Part shown: positions 37,102 to 48,582 of the stretch, piece after piece
Numbering within the stretch: position 1 is the first letter of the stretch
Layout: each line of letters starts with the position of its first letter
Assembly (NCBI GenBank): GCA_010015805.1
Contig: ML978134.1
Location: 620,001-684,000 of the forward strand
DNA: 64,000 nt
Direction: 5' to 3'
From: Rhizodiscina lignyota
Taxonomy: Eukaryota
Made by a program: the position numbers and the translations under genes
Notes under the pieces: model-generated
The model's database searches: none
The model's input: only the letters and a program-made list of their open reading frames with translations
Told to the model about the DNA's origin: nothing

Positions 37102-37642
37102 ATCTGATCTGCGAGATATCTCAATTAAATTTTGGTGGTGATACGAAGTATTCGCCAATGTAACGTCGTAACCCAAAAGTTCATCGCATACATCACTGCC
37201 TCCTGGGTATACCACATTGTTCCACTTCGTGTGCTCTGGGGCCTCAGGGTAACTTCATGCCTGCCTCGTAAGGCCCCGGCTCAAGAAAATTCCGCAGTAT
37301 CTCATTTCCCCGCAGAACTAATACGGCGTGCATTTGTTCCTGAACACTTTGGGAAATGATCAGCGAAGCGGAGAAATCGTGCATCTCACGAACCACGGGC
37401 TATGTTTACCGCGATCCATGAGTGATTTGCTCTAGGGTGCGAATATTCTTTACGTTGGTAGTGGAAGCTTCAGGCAAGTCCGCTAACATTAGCACTCCCG
37501 ATGTCATCTGGGAAGTCAATTTGCTCTCAAAATGTCGTCAATGGCAATTCTACTGTCACCTTTACATTATGCTGCGGCTTTGACCAGAGTATCTCAGTTG
37601 GTCCATCTTTTGAACTTTATGGCCTCGAAGTGACTATTAGAA

Positions 37643-40149
37643 ATGTTGGCGAGTTTCTTCATCCTCCTTTTAGCTGGTCTGGTCGCGCAATTGGCTATTG
37701 CAATTGAGCTCCCAGAGTCGTACAATGTCGTCTGGACTTCGCAAAGCAGAAACTCTTCGGAATCTATGCCACTTGGTGGTGGTGGCATAGGCGCCAACGT
37801 ATGGGTCGAGAACAGTATGCTACAAGGATCCACAGAGACGTTTGATACATCTAATCTTCCATGCAGGCACTGTTCTACTGTACATCTCAAAGAACGGACT
37901 TTTCGACGACAATAACAGCTTGGTGAAACTCGGCCGTGTACGATTGACGTTAGAGCCAAACCCATTCACCAGCCACTTCTCGCAAACACTACATTTGAAT
38001 GATGGATATATTCAAATCAAAGGGAGAAACAGTGCCACTGTCAAGCTATGGGTGGACGTATTCAATCCGGCCGTCCATGTTGAAATGGATTCTGCTACAC
38101 CAATCTCAGTGGTTGCCGCATATGAGAGCTGGAGGTACCGTGATCGCGCCATGGATTCAAACGAGCAAGGTCAGTACCTCATTTCTGCCACGAAGGATAT
38201 TTCTTACCACATACAGACCAGTCGGACTGGGACGTCTTCCCCGATCTCGATCCAGCTCCTGTCACAAAGGCAGACAATATTAGCTTCTACGACGGCGGCG
38301 TGCGGATGATTCATCGCAATACCGAGAACACGACTTTAGACGTAACCTTCAAAGAGCAAGGCCTGGAGGATCATATCCACGAAGCGTACAATCCTCTTGC
38401 ACACAATACAGTAGGTTTGACCCTCGCAAAGGATTCCTATTCTCTGTTAATCACGAACAGTATGGCATGTGGATGTATTGTCCCGATCTCCGCCCCAATA
38501 ATATATCATCCGGATTTTACGTCAACACGGACTACAAGTCATGGAATCTTGTTTCTACATCTCCGAAGACGAGTTACAAAGTCGTGATAGTTGCTCAACA
38601 GGCGCAATCACCGTCTTTGTCTAATTTCCAGTCTGCTCTCCAGTCAACAATATCTCGAAGCATTAACCAATCGCAAGCACTGACTGCCTCTTGGTGGCAT
38701 AACTTCTGGGACAGAAGCTATATTCTTATCAATGAGGAAGCCGGACCAGAAGATACAGGATTCGTCGTTGGAAAGAATTACCAAATCTTCCGCTACATGC
38801 AGGGCTGCAATTGGGGCAGCGACTGGCCTTTGCGATTCAATGGGGGACTCTTCACCTTCGACCCGGTGTTCGTGAACGAGAATTACAGCTATACACCCGA
38901 CTTTCGTCGATGGACGGGCGGTGTCTTTACTGCACAGAATCAGCGACTGGTGTACTGGCCATTGCTTAAGAGCGGCGATTTTGATCTCATGAAACCTACC
39001 TTCGAGTTCTACAGACGTATCACTGGGACGGCCATGTTGCGTGGAAGAACATATTTCGGCCTCAATGTGTCGGTGTTTACGGAACAGGTAGAATCGTATG
39101 GCCTCCCAAATATGCTTGAATACAACACCGATGTCGAGTTCTACAGCCATCCCCGGAATCCCGGTTTCCCTCGGGGCATAGAATTCAACAGCTGGCTAGA
39201 GTGGCTGCAGGACACAGCGAACGAATTTGCGGATATGATTCTCCAGGCGAACATGTATTCCGGATTCGATGTCACGCCGTACATGGCTTTTATTGAATCA
39301 CAGCTTCGGTGGTATGACCTGTTCTATCAGCAATTCCACAGCACCGTTGATACTTTTAGTCGTGCTGCTGAGCCGCTTAATCTCAGTAGTTCAGGGAATG
39401 GTCCGCTAGTTATTTACCCCGGATCGGGCCAGGAGACGTATAAGTGTGCATACAATCCTGCGTCGACGGTCAGCGGTCTGAGAAAGGTGCTCTCGGATCT
39501 TCTGCAAGTGGCGCCAACATACGCGATTGCCAACCGGAGCTACTATGAAGGCTACCTTCAGCGCGTTCCTGAAACACCTATTCGGTATCAGCAAGGTCAC
39601 ATCTGCATAAGTCCAGCGCAAGCATACACTCGCATTCAGAATGTCGAAATACCCCAACTCTATCCGGTCTTCCCATGGGGCGAATATGGCCTGGGTCAAC
39701 CGAATCTCCAAACAGCGATCAATACGTACCTCTACGACACCGAAACTCAAGCGTTCCACGACCCGGACGTGGGATGGAAGCAAGACCCCATCTGGTTCGC
39801 TCGTATGGGTCTAGTAGCGAATGCAACGAACTCGACGATTTATCGCTGGGCTGATTCTGATGTGTATCGATTCCCGGTATTCAAGGGACCAAACTTCGAT
39901 TGGGCGCCTGATATCAATCATTTTGGGAGTGCATCAATTGCACTACAGGAGATGCTTTTGCAGACTTTCGCGAAGAATAACACACAGATTCGTTTGCTTG
40001 GAGCGTGGCCAGATGAGTGGGATGTCAAGTTCAAACTCCTTGCGCCCATGAACACCACGGTTATTGGAACTGTAAGTCGAGGAAAATTCGATCAGTTGGA
40101 CTTGGCGCCGAGTAATAGAATGAGCGATGTTGTATATAAGCAAGACTGA
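37643..40149 (+). CDS. Secreted DUF5703-type putative glycoside hydrolase (GH95-like helical barrel C-terminus), multi-exon
   Basis: Signal peptide, YNVVWTSQSRNSSESMPLGGGGIGANVWVEN, LVKLGRVRL, WWHNFWDRSYI, PLRFNGGLFTFD, QNQRLVYWP, PQLYPVFPW, LQEMLLQ, IRLLGAWP. Confidence 0.82.
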
Positions 40150-40372
40150 GAGTCACGAAGCAATAAGAACAGACTAAGAAGTTCCTTTGGAGGAAGCACG
40201 TAATTTTCCTACTTACTATGATAGATATCTAAACCAAGATATAACTATTTCTTGATACTTCCAAGGCTGTACTTGGTTATCAGATACGCTATGCCGCTGA
40301 AATGCCCAAACAAGTATATTCAAAAAAGGTCCCGCATATCTCACCGTCGTCTTTTGAAGTACCATAAAATCA

Positions 40373-41680
40373 TCATGCTGGTCCTGCCACGACCTCTTCC
40401 TCGACGCCATTGATCTCTTCTTCTCCACCGCCACTATCACCATTACTCGTAATCGGCATGCCCGTCGCCGCCGCCAATCGCTCCTCCTCTTTCCGCATAC
40501 GAGCGACCTCTGTCTCTCTCCGCATAGCCTCCAGATTCCACACACCATCGTCGTCGTCGTCGTCAGCATCGCTGTCAGAGTCTTGCTGCCAGTCGCCGCG
40601 CTCGAACATCGCTCTGCCCGTCGCTTCCTTCATCTTGTTCGCCTCTTCTTCCGCCGCCTTCTTGTCTAACCGCTCTTTCTTCCATTTGGCAAAGGTGTCG
40701 GGCGTGACAGGTGTGAGAGTACCTGTGAGCTTGTGCCGCTCGGATTCGAGGAAGTCTTCGAGGGTGAGGGTGGCGAGTGGTGATTTGTCCATCAGGGCTT
40801 TCTCGGCGGCGCGTTGTTCTTTTGTTTTTAAGACGAAGCTAGAATGTCTAGCATTAGCCTCCACAGCACAATGACAGCCAGAATTGGGGAATACTTGCCC
40901 TGGAGGTAAAGAGTGTCTGTACATGCACTTATCTCCACCGTTTGGACACGTCCAGAACCATCCATACTTTCCATTCTCAACAGCATCGATGAAGTACTTG
41001 CATACTTTGTCCGTCGTCGTCTTCGGATTCCCATGTTTACTCATTATCACTTTCTGTAGCTTCTCTTCGTCCCAATCCGCCATATCATCCTTCTTCTTCT
41101 CCTCCTCCTCATCCTCCTTTTCTCTTGTATCCGTGTACAGACTCTTCTTCTCGCCCCTACGCTCTACCGCCAAGTCGTGGCTGAATTTGCATTTCTTGCC
41201 CTTCTCACATGCGCCCTTCTTGTAGAACTGGCACACCACTGTCTTCGGGTCGACGCCGAAGGGGACCTTCTGTACCTGCACGGGCTTGAAGAGTTCGGCT
41301 GTCTCCCTGCGCGCGTCCTCGGCGGCTTTCTTCTCCCGCTCGCGCTGCTCCTTCTCGGCATCCTTGCGCTTCTGGTCGGGCGACTTTGCGGACGCGGCTT
41401 GCGCTTGAAGTTGCTTGATTTGTTTCTGTGCGGCGCCTCCTTTTTTCTGCGGGGTAGAGTTGTATGTTAGCATTGCTACTCATTGAGATGTAGCTTCGGA
41501 CAGTGCGCATGAAGAAGCGATGAGTGTACTGGCTAGCAATGTTCAACTCACGTTTTTCATGCCAAAGCTCTGTGATGAAAATTAGCTTTCTGGACATTTC
41601 CACAGAGTCTATAAGTAGCTCACCTTGTCAACAGCAGACTTGTCCGACTTAGCCTTGGGCTGATCTTTCTTTGGCGCCAT
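40373..41680 (-). CDS. TMA46: Translation machinery-associated CCCH zinc-finger protein Tma46 (DFRP1/ZC3H15)
   Basis: MAPKK..VDK, 18-nt micro-exon [73 protein letters not shown]. Confidence 0.95.
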
Positions 41681-42211
41681 GGTGTCGGACGAGAGAGTGA
41701 CTGAGACTGCCGATGCTCGACGATGAGGGAACTTTCAGCAAGTATGATAGTAATAAATGAAAGACCAGGAGCAAGAAAGCAAGCAAGAAAGCTAGTAATG
41801 GTACTCGATGACTCGTCCCGCGGGCGTCCAAGGGTTTGCCGTGAATTGGAGGCTTGAAGATTGTGTCTTTCACCCCACAGCCGCGCTCAAAATGCGGCGT
41901 CATTTCGCCAAGGCCCGGTTTTCCAAATCTGGACAACGAGCAAGCTGTCCACGAGTAGCATCGCAAATCAGACACTACGACGAAGACCGGCGAAATCGAT
42001 CACAATTAATTCACCGGAGCTCGTACGAGAGCTGTCCGCTCTTTTCTATAACTGTGAGCACTCATGGAGGCAGGCATGCCATCGAGAAGCTCAAGAAAGC
42101 TAATGTATACGCAGCTTCATCACCAAACAATATTTGTTACAACTTTCTCAGTTCCAATCGACCTTCGCAGAGTTCAGAGCATCACATACGAAGCACGAAC
42201 ACACAGACACA

Positions 42212-42385
42212 ATGATAACAGACGCCACACTCTACTCTCTTGCGCTCTTTCTCGGTGCCGCAGCCATGCTGCTCATTATCCTCTACCACTTCCTCGAGAT
42301 CAATGCGAAAGACGACAGCAATGCCCCGCTGTCAAAGGAGAGGAAAGCAGATGCGGTGCCAGCTGGTGGGAAAGCCAAGAGCTGA
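42212..42385 (+). CDS. OST4: Oligosaccharyltransferase small subunit Ost4
   Basis: MITDATLYSLALFLGAAAMLLIILYHFLEIN matches the Ost4 signature. Confidence 0.93.
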   Translation: MITDATLYSLALFLGAAAMLLIILYHFLEINAKDDSNAPLSKERKADAVPAGGKAKS

Positions 42386-42673
42386 GGTGTGGAATGAGTT
42401 GTGGCAGAGAGAAGCGCATGTACAAGAGCAGAACACGTGGAGCTTTGGACCTCTGAAAAGGAGCTGATGGTTCATAACGGGACTTGCAAAAGGCGCATTC
42501 GTGTCGTGTCATGAAAGGGATGCATATGCTGGGGTATCTTTAAACAAACACTCGTACAAATCGCGATTCAAGAAGAATCGCGTAGCTCCACTGATCCAAC
42601 CTCAACATCTCAATCCTCTTCGTCCACAACTCTCTCCTGAATCTCCATCGTCCACAACCCTCCCTTCAACCCT

Positions 42674-42933
42674 CATCCATTGCACCCATTCAGTGCACTT
42701 GTCCACAGCACCCGTCCACTGCACTCATCCACAACGCTCATCCATTGCAGCCGTTCACTGCATCCGTCCATAGCATCCGTCCACAGCACTCATCCACAAC
42801 GCTCATTCACGACGCCCATCCACAACGCTCATCCACAACGCTCATTCACGACGCCCATCCACAACGCTCATCCACAACGCTCATTCACAGCATTCATCCA
42901 CGACCTTCATCCACGACCCTCATCCACGACCCC
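42674..42933. repeat. 13-bp minisatellite, 20 units, consensus CATCCACAACGCT
   Basis: 20 phased units with no indels. Units 10-15 form a 39-bp higher-order duplication. Confidence 0.92.
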
Positions 42934-42934
42934 C

Positions 42935-45900
42935 TCAATCCTCATCGTCAACAACCATCTCGTCGTCCTCATCATCCATCAAGCCCTGTCTCCTCTTGCC
43001 GTTCGCGAGCGTCACACCATCCCTATCCAATCCAACACCAACCTGTCTCTTCTTCCGTTCCGTATCCTTCTGAGTCTCCAGAGCCGTATGCTCCAGCGTC
43101 TGCTTGCTGACTGGCGGCCTGCCTCTACCGCGCGGTGCGAACGGCGGAGCCGAAGCACCATTCGAAGAACCCAGCGCCTCTCGAATTGATGATCGAGGGG
43201 ATGTCGTGATGCGCGGAGTTACACGTCGACCGTGAGTGTCGCTTAAGTAGGACTCTGACGCCTCGGATTCGTGCGCGTCTGACTTCACATTAATATTCCT
43301 CAACAGCAGGATGTTTGCATACTGGAACTTACCGGAGAGTCCACTTGCCTGTCCATCACCCAGGGTCCACGCGATGGGGTCGAAATGCTCCTTTTCCATA
43401 TGCGCCCACCATTCCGGTTGACTTGCGAAATCCTTTCTGAGCCTCTGCGTCCCGCTGAGTCCAGTTTTGCGGTTCAGGATGGTCACATCCTTGCCACATG
43501 AACCCCAGAGACAATCGAAGCCACCATGCGCAGCCTCCTTCTCATGTGCCTTGGCCACGTGACTGCGCAACGTTTTCAAGTTGTGCAACTCTGCCGTGCA
43601 GTCCTTCCACTTGCAATGATAGACAGTGAACTTTGGCTCCGGGCTCACATTTTCTCTTCGCTTCTCGCGCACTTCGGCGGATTCGGTTGCAGCTTTAGTC
43701 CTATTGGCCAGAGCGATCGTTTGCGGGTTGCCATGAATCGCTTTTCTCCAGCCGACAGGACGGCCTCGCTTCCTAGCCGCCGGCGAACCATCCGCATTTT
43801 GAGCGGCACGGAAAGCAGAATAGCCTGTAACAGGCATGCTCGGTGCTGAAGATGGTGTTTGTCTTGAAATCTGCTTCGATCCTCGCGCGGAAGCCGAGAT
43901 GGGGAGAGCTTCGGAGTTATGTTCCGCCGAATCCGAATCATCTCCTTTGGCTGGTCGCGTGCTGAATGAAGGATAGGCATTGCGAGGCGGTCGGCCTCTG
44001 CCTCTGCCTCTCGTGCCGATGGAATGTGGTCTGTTTGATAGTAAACTGTGGCTTTCTGGCTTCTTTTTCAGCTCACCTCCACCGCCGACTGTACGGCGCA
44101 GGAGAACGCGCGTCTGGAGCTGTTCTGGGCCGTTGTCCTCTTCATCAGCGTCATCCGCATCTACCATGACCGAGTCCTGGTCTTCCGTATCGACTTGTGG
44201 TAGAGGCAAAGGCTCGCCAGGATCAATAAGGTCCCATCGTAGAGTTGCCAAATCTGCCTTTTCGCCAACTTGTGGCAGGTGGCTCCGCACTGTTTCGAGA
44301 TGTGCATTAAGATGGAACATATCCGGGTGCCTGCCTGTTGCGAGCAATACATCCCTTGCAACAGTTCGGACATCATACACTGACCTGCGCAATGCTTTGT
44401 GTCGCTCGATTTGCTCCACAACATTCACACCCCTGAGCTTCTCGCCTGACGTAACGCCTGCCGGTGCTATATGGGGCGGTGGAAGCTGCTGAGGTGCGAA
44501 GCCATGCGCCTGAGGGAGCTGCTGAGGTGCAAAGCCATGGGGCGGAGGCGGAGGTTGTGGTCGGTGGGCTATCAAGGGCTGATTGTAGTTGTAGCCGGGA
44601 CCTTGATACGGGTACGCTGAAGCGGTCGGTGGCGGCCATTGGAATGGTGTTCCTTGGTATGATGGAGGCGGTCCATAACCCATCGAAGGTACTGGCGGGG
44701 CGCCAAAGTATGGCGGCCTCTTCGGTTCTGATTCGTCGTCTGAAAGGCTAGTGAGGTCGACAATGTCGTTGAAGGTGCGCTTTCGTGCGGCCTCTTCTTT
44801 TGAAGCGGGAGGCTTGCTGGGCGACGCAGACCGAGCCACGGCCTCCGGCTTGACCATCTGTGCGACAGGTGCAGCAGGAGTTGTGGGTTTCGAAAGCTGA
44901 TGTGGTGCCGCACCCTGTGCATTTGGGGGGAAATATGGACTTGAGTACTGCCCTGGGGTTCCAGCATCCGTGGGTTGCCATCCGCCGTTCACAAATCGCT
45001 GGACTTGTGCAAGCGTACTCCCAGGCCTTGGGATATGATCTGGAGGAGGTGCTGGAGGCGGAGCTGGAGGAGGAACTGGGGGAGGTACATTACTTCTGCT
45101 AGTTTCGCCTGTAATCTGCCCATTCTTCTGTTGCGCTTCTTGTCTCTCCCTCTTCTCACGCTGGCGTTTCGCAGCAGAATTGACATCGGGGACCGCAGTA
45201 AGGAGTGCACGGGCAAATTGGGCACGATCGATCGATAAGCCACGGCCTTCTAGCCTCTCGCATAGGGTGATGTAAGAGGGGTTCATGTTTAATAATGCAA
45301 GGATGTCTTCAGCCTTTGCCTGTCGCTCTTTGTTCTCTGGCTTGTTGTTTATAAAGTTCGCCGCTGAGTATGCGAGCTGATTCTTCTTTTCAGGCGGCCA
45401 GATTGTCCCCTTATCTGGTGACCTTGGTCTGATACGAGGAGGTGGATTAGCCCGATCCCAAGATGATCCTGCCAGTATCTCTCCAGCTAGCTGAGCTGGG
45501 CCCTTGGCAACTCCCTCCACTGACACGTTCATCCCTATCGGTGCAGGTCCAGGCCTCGGCCGAGGATTCTGCGCAGCCCTACCTGGAGGTTCCGTTGTCG
45601 GACGTGAAGGTGCAGCAACCGGTGGTCGCGATGTTGGTATCGCAGACGCAGGCGTTGGCTCTGGTGGCTGCGCCGAATGAGGTTGCGGCACATTAGTGCT
45701 ATCCTCGCCGCCTGCGTGAGTCATAAACTGGCGAAGTAGCTCAGGATTCTTCGCCTTCATAGCCTTCAGCATGGCAAGCATCTGCGCATCTTCGTCGTCA
45801 TCGTCCGCGCCATCGACCTGCGCCGGCGTTGATTTCTTGCCTTTGCCCTTGGCCTTTGCTTCCTTCGGTTGTTTGGGCTGCTTTGGTGGCTTATCTTTCT

Positions 45901-47038
45901 TCGGTTGCTGCTGCTGCCCGCTTTGCATCGCAGGTTGTTGCAAGCTGTTTGCCTCCTGTTCCCTTTGAGAAGCTGCAGCTTCAGCAGCAGCTTGCTCCGC
46001 TCGTCGCTGCTCCTCTTGCTGCCTCAATTTCTCCTCTTCCCGTCTTCTCTCAGCCTCCTCCATTGCTTTTCTTCTCTCGGCCTCCTCCGATTGCTTTTTA
46101 GCTCGATGTGCTTCTTCAGCGGCTTTCCTTCGCTGATACTCTGGCCAAGGATCGTAGACTTGGCTCGGGTCTACAGTGATTGCCTGGCTCTCCTGTGCAG
46201 ATGTGGTGCCCGCGCTGGCATACGTAGGCGACGGGTTCGTTGGCTGCGATTGATGTGTTATACTAGTCCGACGCTGGTTCTGAGACACGCTTGGAAGAGT
46301 TCGCGCTCTTGGATCGGCGTAGGTAGTAGTGTTAGCGTTTGCAGCACGCTGCGCGGATGCAGTTAAGTTGTGTGCTGCTTGAATTTGAGCTGGACTGGCA
46401 GAACGTTGTACTGTGTTGGCTGATTGGACGCGCTGCGATGGAAATTGGGTATTTGGAAGGCCACTTGTGGTTGGCGATTGAATTGTAGACCGTGCGGCGG
46501 ATCTCATAGAATTTACGCTATCAGGGCGCGATTGCCGCTGCGCTTGGACAGTGGAAGAATTTTGGCCATCATGGGTAGAATATGAGTAGCTGTTGGTCGA
46601 TGTGCTGCCATGTGTTGATGTTGCAGGATATGCGCTCGCCACTTGAGGACTGCTCGTCGCTGTGTCCAATGAGGGGTATTGTGCGGAAGGGTATGTAGAC
46701 GTCTGGTACTGCGCCGCAGCAGCTGGGCTACTCACACCTGCTTGTCTTGACTGTGTTGCATTGCCCAGATTGCTGAGTGTTTCCGCGGCCCGTCCCAAGC
46801 TACTATCATTCGAGTTCAACCCGTACCAACTGTGCGCGTTCGAGTAGCCCGATTGTTGATCGTACGCTTGTTGTTGAGGATATGTCTGGTACGAATTCGA
46901 CGTAGAGGGGGTGCGAGAGTGTTGATAGTGAGGGTCGGATGGTTGATTGTGTGTTTGGTAGTTCGAGTAGGATTGTTGCTGGGACTGCTGTTGTGCTGGT
47001 TGACCGTAGTAATTGGGATAGAAGTCCCCAGGTGCCAT
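42935..47038 (-). CDS. Large Q/S/P-rich nuclear protein with AT-hooks and a C2H2 zinc finger
   Basis: 1367-aa ORF. AT-hook-like GRGRGRPP, RKRGRPVG, RGRGRPP. Zinc finger CKWKDC..HVAKAH plus CLWGSC..HMEKEH. Probable short in-frame intron near 43280-43333. Confidence 0.85.
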   Translation of the reverse strand: MAPGDFYPNYYGQPAQQQSQQQSYSNYQTHNQPSDPHYQHSRTPSTSNSYQTYPQQQAYDQQSGYSNAHSWYGLNSNDSSLGRAAETLSNLGNATQSRQAGVSSPAAAAQYQTSTYPSAQYPSLDTATSSPQVASAYPATSTHGSTSTNSYSYSTHDGQNSSTVQAQRQSRPDSVNSMRSAARSTIQSPTTSGLPNTQFPSQRVQSANTVQRSASPAQIQAAHNLTASAQRAANANTTTYADPRARTLPSVSQNQRRTSITHQSQPTNPSPTYASAGTTSAQESQAITVDPSQVYDPWPEYQRRKAAEEAHRAKKQSEEAERRKAMEEAERRREEEKLRQQEEQRRAEQAAAEAAASQREQEANSLQQPAMQSGQQQQPKKDKPPKQPKQPKEAKAKGKGKKSTPAQVDGADDDDEDAQMLAMLKAMKAKNPELLRQFMTHAGGEDSTNVPQPHSAQPPEPTPASAIPTSRPPVAAPSRPTTEPPGRAAQNPRPRPGPAPIGMNVSVEGVAKGPAQLAGEILAGSSWDRANPPPRIRPRSPDKGTIWPPEKKNQLAYSAANFINNKPENKERQAKAEDILALLNMNPSYITLCERLEGRGLSIDRAQFARALLTAVPDVNSAAKRQREKRERQEAQQKNGQITGETSRSNVPPPVPPPAPPPAPPPDHIPRPGSTLAQVQRFVNGGWQPTDAGTPGQYSSPYFPPNAQGAAPHQLSKPTTPAAPVAQMVKPEAVARSASPSKPPASKEEAARKRTFNDIVDLTSLSDDESEPKRPPYFGAPPVPSMGYGPPPSYQGTPFQWPPPTASAYPYQGPGYNYNQPLIAHRPQPPPPPHGFAPQQLPQAHGFAPQQLPPPHIAPAGVTSGEKLRGVNVVEQIERHKALRRSVYDVRTVARDVLLATGRHPDMFHLNAHLETVRSHLPQVGEKADLATLRWDLIDPGEPLPLPQVDTEDQDSVMVDADDADEEDNGPEQLQTRVLLRRTVGGGGELKKKPESHSLLSNRPHSIGTRGRGRGRPPRNAYPSFSTRPAKGDDSDSAEHNSEALPISASARGSKQISRQTPSSAPSMPVTGYSAFRAAQNADGSPAARKRGRPVGWRKAIHGNPQTIALANRTKAATESAEVREKRRENVSPEPKFTVYHCKWKDCTAELHNLKTLRSHVAKAHEKEAAHGGFDCLWGSCGKDVTILNRKTGLSGTQRLRKDFASQPEWWAHMEKEHFDPIAWTLGDGQASGLSGKFQYANILLLRNINVKSDAHESEASESYLSDTHGRRVTPRITTSPRSSIREALGSSNGASAPPFAPRGRGRPPVSKQTLEHTALETQKDTERKKRQVGVGLDRDGVTLANGKRRQGLMDDEDDEMVVDDED

Positions 47039-47508
47039 TTCTCAAATCTCTCACTCCTGCTATACCCTTCCACCTCCCATGCGACCGCGACCTGAGTCGC
47101 AGGAAAGGTGTAGGAGATGTAGCGTGGCTTGATCAACACTTGAGAGTGAATAACACCAGGGAAAGCGGCACTCAGCAGCCCTTCAACTTTTTCTTGCGCA
47201 ACGATACGACGTGGAATACAGACATAAATCGGTGGCCAGTTGAGCTTGATTGTGGAAAGGTTTTCAGAGTTTGGCTGTCAGGGATTATTGTCGTGTGTTT
47301 CACGGAAAGTTGGTGCGCGTATGATCAGAGAGTGTGATGCTCCACATGCGGAGGTTCAAGTGCTCGCGAGTCGCGACGCATCAACAATCCCTGCTCGTGC
47401 CAAGCCTCGGCAAATCATCGGTCCACACACGACAGAGCAAATTCACCAGCACCCTAGAGACATCAACTCGAGCATCGACAACCTCACCCACCCTTCAATA
47501 CCGCCATA

Positions 47509-48073
47509 ATGACGAAGTTGAACAATGGTACGCCCACCCGGACAATGCTGATACGTATATAATTGACATTTAACCTGCAGGTATCGCCTCCTCGCGGAGA
47601 AAGTCGCGCAAAGCGCACTTCGACGCCCCCTCCAGCGTTCGCCGCAATATCATGAGCGCTCCCCTCAGCAAAGAGTTGCGCGAGAAGCACAATGTACGAC
47701 AGCATAAGTCCCTCTTCTCCTTGCTCCTCCTGCCAAAGCTCGACATTTTCCACTACTAGTAACAGTGCGGACAGAATCACTGACTCAAGAGTATCAACAG
47801 GTCCGATCGATCCCCATCCGCAAAGACGATGAAGTCCTCATCATGCGCGGCAGCAACAAGGGCCGTGAGGGCAAAGTCACTTCAGTATACCGCCTCAAAT
47901 ACGTCATCCACGTCGAGCGTGTGTCGAAGGAGAAGTCGAACGGCCAGAGCGTGCCCATCGGTGTCGCCCCGAGCAAGGTGCAGATCACAAAGCTGAAGCT
48001 GGACAAGGACAGGGAGAACATTCTGGAGAGGATAAGCAATGGACGAGAGGTGGTGAAGAAGAGCAAGTCGTAG
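47509..48073 (+). CDS. RPL26: 60S ribosomal protein L26 (uL24), 3 exons
   Basis: [35 protein letters not shown] / [12 protein letters not shown]. Confidence 0.97.
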
Positions 48074-48582
48074 AGCGTTTCGAGATGGGGGTAAGGATCG
48101 ATGATGGAGGTTTTCATGGGCTCTGAGACAGCGACAGTTTCCGTTGCCTTTCCTGCACTAGTGGAGTACTTCTAGGGGAGTACAAATACGGTGCTCTCAA
48201 ATCGGCACCAAATGTCACAAGTTTTCAAACATCAGCACATCCACAATCCTGCATGGTCTTTGACCGCTAGATTATCTACTCGGCAGCCGCTTCCAATGGG
48301 TACGCAATGGTTGCAAGAAGTTATACGACTAGCGAAGAGCGAAATTATGGCTTATTCAAAGCTGGAGCCATTCTCGCCTGCAGACTCTACTCGAGACATC
48401 TGTTGATGAACAGAGGAGTTTGATGGTGAGAGACATTCACGAACAAAGTGGTATCTCCTTTTCTTTTAGATTGAGTTGAAATGGATGAGAATGGTATTTG
48501 ACACGCTTTTACTCTGCCCTATGTATTGGTACATGTGCATATTATCACAAGAACAGTGGAGGTGAGAATGTCGGCAGGCCGT

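Noticed and set aside
42674..42933. CRISPR-like array, or CDS from ORFs 42680-43189 and 42745-43110
   Set aside because: No unique spacers, eukaryotic context, and a 13-bp unit that is not codon-phased; the ORFs are by-products of the repeat.
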